In this document: in pieces, positions 26,606 to 32,000 of the stretch | Numbering within the stretch: position 1 is the stretch's first letter | How the letters are laid out: each line of letters opens with the position of its first letter | Assembly: GCF_000007985.2 (NCBI RefSeq) | Contig: NC_002939.5 | Location: forward strand, 690,001 to 722,000 | Origin: Geobacter sulfurreducens PCA | Lineage (GTDB): Bacteria > Desulfobacterota > Desulfuromonadia > Geobacterales > Geobacteraceae | Reading direction: 5' to 3' | Length of the DNA stretch: 32,000 nt | The notes under the pieces: model-generated | The model's database searches: none | Seen by the model: only the letters and a program-made list of their open reading frames with translations | What the model was told of the DNA's origin: nothing | Position numbers and translations under genes: made by a program

Positions 26606-26634
26606 GGGGCGACCGGTGGCACGGTCGCCCCTTT
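26606..26634 (+). terminator. Terminator-like hairpin after the DUF748 gene
   Basis: 9-bp stem GGGGCGACC / GGTCGCCCC followed by TTTGGG. The U-tract is short. Confidence 0.6.
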
Positions 26635-26935
26635 GGGTGCGGAGCTCCCCAAGACCACTGCCTGCTTCATGCGTCCTTTCGTTAAGTCGTTTGTCATATT
26701 GAACCGTGGAGTTTCGGGTCAGTGAGATGGGTGATGAGGTGCGGACAACGGGCTAACATCGTGATGTTTTACAGTGATGGGGGGCGTTGTCTCTCCCGGT
26801 TTTCGTCTGTCGCTTGTTGGCACGAATTTTTTTTCTTTATTCGCATTTGGATGATTTACGACCAGTCGTGCGTTGTTTCATAGTGCAATATTGACAACTC
26901 TATATTTTACGATATTGCGGGGGCGCGCAAAGCCA

Positions 26936-28006
26936 ATGCTGTCAGTGCTCCGAGACAACATTTTCAGCCTGTTCATGCAGCATCTTCCCGGGGTTTCCTT
27001 TATCAAGGACCTTGCCGGACACTACCTCTATGCCAATGATCAGTGGAAGCGGCTTGTATCGTCGGACACCGCCGAAGACCGACCTGGAGGTCCTGACGGG
27101 GGGCAGTTCGAAGAGAACGACCAACGGGTCATTACGGAAGCGGCCGGCATCCAGACCGTGGAAACGGTTCAGGCCGAGGACGGTGTGCACCACTGGATCA
27201 TGAGCGAGTTCCCGATCCGTGACGAGCAGGGTGAAGTCGTTCTGCTCGGCGGGATCGGGCTCGACATTACGCGTCGTTTGCGTCTTGAGGAAGAGCTGAA
27301 TATCTACCGGGAGCGGCTTGCGTCCCTTGCGGTGGAGCTTGCTGTTGCCGAAGACCGTGAGCGCAGCCGCATCGCGGGCGAGCTTCACGATCAGGTGGGG
27401 CAGAATCTTTTCCTGGCGGGGCTCAAGCTTGGTTCGTTGAAGATTTCCTCTCTCGGCGATGATGACCGCCGCGTGGTGGAAGAGATCAGGCATCTGATCG
27501 GTGGTGCCCTGCAGGATATCCGTTCACTGACCTGTCAGCTCCGGCCGCCGCTCCTTGCCCATGGGGGGCTGGTTGCAGCTCTTTGCTGGCTGGGGGAGCA
27601 ATTTCGGGAAGACTTCGGGCTGCAGGTGGACATCTTTGATGACCAGCATGAGAAGCCGCTCTCGCCCGAGGTCAGTTCGACGCTCTTTCAGGTTGTCAGG
27701 GAACTGTTGCTGAACACCGCAAAGCATGCGTCGGCACCGCGGGCGGCCATATCCGTCACGACGGAGGCCGACTCCATCATGGTAAGCGTTGAAGACGGGG
27801 GCGTGGGGTTTGACGTCTCCTCCGTGAGCCTTAACTGCGGCAAGAGCGGCGGTTTTGGTCTCTTCAACGCTCGGCAGAAAATAGAGTACCTGGGCGGGAC
27901 GCTGACGGTCCAGTCGGAACCAGGCTGCGGCACCCGTACGGTCATCCGCGTTCCGCTGAAAGGGGAACAGCACGGTACGACTCATGCCGAAAGTGGAGCG
28001 CAATGA
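26936..28006 (+). CDS. Soluble PAS-domain sensor histidine kinase (HisKA_3 / NarX-DegS type)
   Basis: I trimmed the start to MLSVLRDNIF. No TM segment is present. A PAS-like N-terminus is present (FIKDLAGHYLYANDQWKRL...WIMSEFPIRDEQGEVVLLGGIGLDITRR). The H-box is ERSRIAGELHDQVGQNL. The HATPase segments are LLNTAKHA, VEDGGVGF and GGFGLFNARQ. Confidence 0.88.
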   Translation: MLSVLRDNIFSLFMQHLPGVSFIKDLAGHYLYANDQWKRLVSSDTAEDRPGGPDGGQFEENDQRVITEAAGIQTVETVQAEDGVHHWIMSEFPIRDEQGEVVLLGGIGLDITRRLRLEEELNIYRERLASLAVELAVAEDRERSRIAGELHDQVGQNLFLAGLKLGSLKISSLGDDDRRVVEEIRHLIGGALQDIRSLTCQLRPPLLAHGGLVAALCWLGEQFREDFGLQVDIFDDQHEKPLSPEVSSTLFQVVRELLLNTAKHASAPRAAISVTTEADSIMVSVEDGGVGFDVSSVSLNCGKSGGFGLFNARQKIEYLGGTLTVQSEPGCGTRTVIRVPLKGEQHGTTHAESGAQ

Positions 28007-28653
28007 TGCTGCGGGTACTGCTGGTCGATGACCACCGGATCGTGCTGGAGGGGCTGCGGGCCCTCGTGAGCGAGCATTCCGACCTGGAGGTCGTCGGGGT
28101 CGCGTGCGACGGGGCAACGGCCATCGAGCTCACCCGACAGCTGCGGCCTGACGTGGTGGTGATGGACATAACGATGCCCGGCATGAACGGCATTGAGGCG
28201 ACCCGGCGCATCGTGGCGGAATTCCCCCGCACCCGGGTTCTTATCCTGTCCATGGAGTCGGAGCGGCGGTTTGTCCTCGAGGTCCTCAAGACCGGTGCCC
28301 ACGGCTATCTGCTGAAGGACTGCAGCCAGGACGAGCTGGTTTCGGCAATTCGTCACGTGGCGGGGGGCGAACCCTACCTTGGGCCCCGTATCACCGAGAT
28401 GATCATTCGAGCCTACATGGAACGGATTCCTGATGATACACTCCTGACCCATACCCTTCTATCCCTCCGCGAACGAGAGGTGCTGCAGCTGATTGCCGCC
28501 GGGAAGAGCACAAAAGAGATCGCCTTTGCCTTCGGGGTGAGCCTCAAAACCATCGAGACCCAGCGTCACAGCATCATGAAAAAGCTCAACCTTTACAGTG
28601 TCGCGGAACTTACCAAGTATGCCATTCGCGAAGGGCTCACCCCGCTCCGCTGA
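28003..28653 (+). CDS. NarL/LuxR-family response regulator
   Basis: The receiver domain is RVLLVDDH...DVVVMDITMPGMNG...LKD. The LuxR HTH is LSLREREVLQLIAAGKSTKEIAFAFGVSLKTIETQRHSIMKKL. The start overlaps the kinase stop (ATGA). Confidence 0.93.
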   Translation: MMLRVLLVDDHRIVLEGLRALVSEHSDLEVVGVACDGATAIELTRQLRPDVVVMDITMPGMNGIEATRRIVAEFPRTRVLILSMESERRFVLEVLKTGAHGYLLKDCSQDELVSAIRHVAGGEPYLGPRITEMIIRAYMERIPDDTLLTHTLLSLREREVLQLIAAGKSTKEIAFAFGVSLKTIETQRHSIMKKLNLYSVAELTKYAIREGLTPLR

Positions 28654-28966
28654 CCAGAGTCGCCTCTTCTCCTCACCCCTGCTTTGGGGTTTTTCGAAAT
28701 CTCACCTCGCAATCCGCTGATAGAGAAATCATTCCCCCAATCCGAATACAATATACAGAGAATATGCGTCGCCCCGGCCGAGACGGGGTATTCCCGCGAT
28801 GTGACCACGTGTGACTTGCCAAGCCTGCCCATGGTCCGGCCCCGGAGCCCGCTCATTATCTCCGCTTCCCCGCATGCCGGGAGGGGAGATGGCGCGACAG
28901 TGTGTGTACCCGGCGCCATCGGGAACAACGCGGATCCCGCAACAACACCCAACAAGGAGGCAGCGC

Positions 28967-30673
28967 ATGAAGTGGTTCGAGGAACTCAAGGTTTCAAGCA
29001 AGCTGGCCGTGTCATTCATGGTGGTCATAGTTCTGACGACTTTCCTTGGAATCTTTTCCATATTCGAGCTGTCGCGAGTCAATGAGACGGGAACCGACAT
29101 GGCGGAGAACTGGATCCCCAGCCTCAACGCGATATCGGCCATGCAACTGGATTTCGCCAGCTACCGCCGTCTTGAGCTGCAGCATATTCTGGAGGTGGAG
29201 AGCGCCGGGCAGAAAACGTACGAAGAGAGAATGGCGGGGCTCGTCAAGAGTATTGCCGAGCACCAGAAAGAATACGAACCATTGCTGTCAACGCCGGAAG
29301 AGAAGCAAATGCTTCAGGAGTTCAGCACAAAATGGCAGGAATACCTGAACGAAGGCAAGCCGGTCCTTGAGCTGTCCCGGCAGAATAAGGCCCAGGAAGC
29401 AGCCGCCCTCCTGAATGCAAACTCGCGCAAACTGTACAACGAAGCCGGAGCCCTGATCGACAAGCTCAAGACGCTGAACACGCAGGAGGCCAAAGATGCC
29501 AGCGCACGTGGCGATAAACTCTATTCCTCGGCACGTATCTGGATCATCGGTTCGCTGATCGCCTGTATTGTCCTTGCAGTAGTCATGGGGCTGGTAATTA
29601 CGCGGGTGCTTCTCAGGCAGCTTGGCGGGGAGCCGACGGCAATTGCCGATATTGCCAACAAGCTTGCGGATGGCGATTTGCGCATCGCCTTTGACACCAC
29701 CGGCAAGGCGGAAACGGGCGTGTATGCGGCGATGCACAACATGGTTGAGAAGCTGAAGGGAGTGGTTGCGGACGTGAAGAGCGCGGCGGACAACGTTGCC
29801 GCCGGCAGCCAGGAGCTCTCCTCCAGCTCCGAGGAGATGAGCCAGGGTGCCACCGAGCAGGCGGCCGCGGCCGAAGAGGCCTCCAGTTCCATGGAGCAGA
29901 TGAGCTCCAACATCCGGCAGAACGCGGACAACGCCACCCAGACCGAGAAGATCGCCCTGAAGAGCGCCTCCGACGCCAAGCAGGGGGGCACGGCCGTGGC
30001 TGAAACCGTCGTGGCCATGAAGGAAATCGCCTCCAAGATCTCGATCATCGAGGAGATCGCCCGTCAGACGAACCTGTTAGCGCTGAACGCGGCCATTGAA
30101 GCGGCGCGAGCCGGCGAGCACGGCAAAGGGTTCGCGGTGGTGGCGGCCGAGGTCAGAAAGCTTGCCGAGCGGAGCCAGAAGGCGGCGGGCGAGATCAGCG
30201 AGCTGTCTGCCTCCAGCGTGCAGGTGGCGGAAGACGCCGGCGAGATGCTGACGCGGATCGTGCCGGATATCCAGCGTACCGCGGAGCTGGTGCAGGAGAT
30301 CAGTGCCGCGTGCAAGGAGCAGGACACGGGCGCGGAGCAGATCAACAAGGCGATCCAGCAGCTTGACCAGGTGATCCAGCAGAATGCCAGCGCCAGCGAA
30401 GAGATGGCGTCCACCAGCGAAGAACTGGCCAGCCAGGCCGAACAACTGCAGGCAACCATTTCATTCTTCCGGACCGATGATCGTGGCGCGTCGAGCCGGA
30501 GTGCGGCCCGTCGGCCCGTTGCCAAGAAAAAGGCAGCGATCTCTCATTTGGGTCACGGTATGTCCAACGGCTACCACACCGAGCCCGCGACGTCGCGAAA
30601 AGTAGCGGTAGGCGGCGGGGTGGATCTGAACCTGGACACCGATCACCTGGATGACCAGTTCGAGAAATTCTAG
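28967..30673 (+). CDS. Methyl-accepting chemotaxis protein (4-helix-bundle periplasmic sensor, HAMP, signalling domain)
   Basis: I trimmed the start to [30 protein letters not shown], which follows an AGGAGG SD. A second TM helix is [21 protein letters not shown]. The conserved hairpin tip is [41 protein letters not shown]. The C-terminus ends in QFEKF. Confidence 0.94.
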   Translation: MKWFEELKVSSKLAVSFMVVIVLTTFLGIFSIFELSRVNETGTDMAENWIPSLNAISAMQLDFASYRRLELQHILEVESAGQKTYEERMAGLVKSIAEHQKEYEPLLSTPEEKQMLQEFSTKWQEYLNEGKPVLELSRQNKAQEAAALLNANSRKLYNEAGALIDKLKTLNTQEAKDASARGDKLYSSARIWIIGSLIACIVLAVVMGLVITRVLLRQLGGEPTAIADIANKLADGDLRIAFDTTGKAETGVYAAMHNMVEKLKGVVADVKSAADNVAAGSQELSSSSEEMSQGATEQAAAAEEASSSMEQMSSNIRQNADNATQTEKIALKSASDAKQGGTAVAETVVAMKEIASKISIIEEIARQTNLLALNAAIEAARAGEHGKGFAVVAAEVRKLAERSQKAAGEISELSASSVQVAEDAGEMLTRIVPDIQRTAELVQEISAACKEQDTGAEQINKAIQQLDQVIQQNASASEEMASTSEELASQAEQLQATISFFRTDDRGASSRSAARRPVAKKKAAISHLGHGMSNGYHTEPATSRKVAVGGGVDLNLDTDHLDDQFEKF

Positions 30674-30682
30674 GAGGGAGCG

Positions 30683-31177
30683 ATGGCACACGCAGACGTA
30701 ACGGAAACGCGGCAGTACCTGACCTTCACCCTTGCCGGGGAAGTATTTGCGGTGGACGTGGCCAAGGTACGTGAGATATTGGAATGGAGCAGCATCACCA
30801 AGGTCCCGCAGACGCCCGAATTCATGCGCGGGGTGATCAACCTGCGGGGGAGCGTGGTTCCGGTGATCGACTTGCGGCAGAAGTTCGGGATGCCTGAAAC
30901 GGAGCGCAGCATCAACACGTGCATCATCGTGGTTGAGGTGGAGACGGGGGCGGAAACGCTGGTGCTGGGAATGCTCGCGGACTCGGTGCAGGAGGTGTTC
31001 GAGCTGGAGAGTGGAAACATCGAGCCTGCGCCCCGGATCGGGACAAAGTTGGACACCTCGTTCCTGAAGGGAATGGGGAAGCATGGCGATGCATTTCTGA
31101 TAATCCTGGACATCGACCGGGTATTCGGCGGCGATGATCTGGCCGGACTGGCCGCGGCAGGGGAGGCGGCTGCCTGA
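30683..31177 (+). CDS. cheW: Chemotaxis coupling protein CheW
   Basis: 164 aa with family segments YLTFTLAGEVFAVDVAKVREI, VPQTPEFMRGVINLRGSVVPVIDLR and FLIILDIDRVF. An SD GGAGGGAG is present. Confidence 0.93.
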   Translation: MAHADVTETRQYLTFTLAGEVFAVDVAKVREILEWSSITKVPQTPEFMRGVINLRGSVVPVIDLRQKFGMPETERSINTCIIVVEVETGAETLVLGMLADSVQEVFELESGNIEPAPRIGTKLDTSFLKGMGKHGDAFLIILDIDRVFGGDDLAGLAAAGEAAA

Positions 31178-31223
31178 AAGACATTGGGAAGCCACGGCTG
31201 CCGAGCAGGCTGTGTTGATGGGC

Positions 31224-31268
31224 AACGTCAAAGCCGGCACCGTTTCGAACGGTGCCGGCTTTGACGTT
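31224..31268. terminator. Bidirectional terminator between convergent cheW and hpnH
   Basis: 19-bp perfect stem AACGTCAAAGCCGGCACCG / CGGTGCCGGCTTTGACGTT with a 7-nt loop. Confidence 0.75.
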
Positions 31269-31318
31269 GGTGTGGCAATGATCTTTGGGAATCTTTATCG
31301 GTCTTTGTCCGCCTGGAT

Positions 31319-32000
31319 TCACGTCATGTTCCAGATCGCCATTTCCAGAATATCCTTCCAGCTCTTGCCGATCTCCGAGACCACCGTCGGCTCGAAGCCG
31401 CAGTGCATCATGCACTGGGCGCAGCGGGGATCCTTACCCACGCCGTAGCTGTCCCATTCGGTCTTTTCCATCATCTCCCGGAAGGTGGGGTGATGGGTGT
31501 CGGTGATAAGGTAGCAGGGTGCCTTCCACCCCAGTGGGTTGCGCGTGGGATTGCCCCAGGGGGTGCACTCAAGCTGTTTCTCTCCCTTGAGGAAGCGCAG
31601 GTACATTGGGGTCGACCAGAAGCGGAACCGCTTGCTCATCCGGTAGACTTCCTCGAATTTCTTCTGGATCTCGCGCCGCTGGAGGAAGAGATCTTCGCCC
31701 ACGGCCTCGTAGTCGAAGCCCGGCGCCACGAGGATGCCGTCCACCCCCAGGTCGGTCAGGAGCGAGAAGAGCATCTCGATCTCCACAAGGTCCGTGTCCT
31801 TGAAGATGGTGGTGTTGGTGCAGACCCGGAACCCCTTGGCTTTTGCCTTTCGGATACCCTCGATGGCCACCTTGAAGGTCCCCTTGCGCTCCAGTATCCG
31901 GTCGTGGGTTTCCTCCAAGCCGTCCATGTGGACGTTCAGGTAGAAGTTGGGGTGGACCTTTACGTTTTCAAGGGCCTTCTCCAGCAGCAGGCCGTTGGTG
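31319..32000 (-). CDS. hpnH: Hopanoid-biosynthesis radical SAM protein HpnH (adenosylhopane synthase), C-terminal part; the N-terminus is off-window
   Basis: The frame stays open to the window edge. Segments CTNTTIFKDTD, GILVAPGFDYEAV and TPWGNPTRNPLGWKAPCYLITD...RCAQCMMHCGFEPT match my memory of HpnH and its C-terminal DUF3463 region. The CxxxCxxC radical-SAM motif itself would lie outside the window. Confidence 0.8.
   Translation of the reverse strand, partial: TNGLLLEKALENVKVHPNFYLNVHMDGLEETHDRILERKGTFKVAIEGIRKAKAKGFRVCTNTTIFKDTDLVEIEMLFSLLTDLGVDGILVAPGFDYEAVGEDLFLQRREIQKKFEEVYRMSKRFRFWSTPMYLRFLKGEKQLECTPWGNPTRNPLGWKAPCYLITDTHHPTFREMMEKTEWDSYGVGKDPRCAQCMMHCGFEPTVVSEIGKSWKDILEMAIWNMT

Noticed and set aside
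28716-28723. GCTGATAG resembling the sigma-28 (FliA) -10 element GCCGATAA upstream of the MCP
   Set aside because: The matching -35 (TAAA) at proper spacing is poor (CGAAATCT), and the site lies about 245 nt from the MCP start. It is not supportable without TSS data.
28684-29142. ORFs of 120-137 aa on both strands across the MCP leader (28684-29085 plus, 28729-29142 minus, 28593-28955 minus)
   Set aside because: They overlap each other and the MCP and regulator genes, and have no SD, Pro/Arg/Gly-rich composition and no motifs. I treat the region as non-coding.

Overview
GC-rich chromosomal segment, roughly 60% GC by eye and not computed. The gene content (12-heme c-type cytochrome, hybrid-cluster protein, hopanoid radical-SAM HpnH, chemotaxis and two-component genes) and the housekeeping synteny look like a Geobacter/Desulfuromonadales core-genome region; that organism call is inference. 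Gene order, left to right: partial ThiF/MoeB (-); rpoH (-) carrying a perfect CIRCE operator; ilvE; a small 4-Cys ORF; clpB behind a sigma-32-type promoter; a secreted polysaccharide deacetylase; the block ispE, tRNA-Gln, prs, rplY(ctc), pth, ychF; the ribosomal operon rpsF, rpsR, DUF2232 membrane protein, rplI; a dodecaheme cytochrome (-); an RluA-type pseudouridine synthase (-); a cytidylate-kinase-like protein (-); a DUF3108 protein; hcp (-) with a textbook class-II CRP/FNR-type promoter; a divergent uncharacterised module (Cys/His-rich secreted mini-protein, small lipoprotein, MacB/DevC-type ABC permease plus ATPase); a SAM methyltransferase; a 1187-aa DUF748/AsmA-like envelope protein; a soluble PAS-HisKA_3 kinase with a NarL/LuxR regulator; an MCP plus CheW; and partial hpnH (-). 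I found no rRNA, CRISPR, transposase, integrase, phage or recognisable defence genes, so most of the window is ordinary core genome. The best candidate for something undescribed is the hcp-divergent mini-protein/lipoprotein/adaptor-less ABC module at 19.45-22.2 kb, followed by the DUF748 giant protein; both are hypotheses only. Many long ORFs in the track are antisense shadows typical of GC-rich DNA. Several track ORFs are over-extended at the 5' end, and I trimmed their starts using SD motifs and family N-termini.
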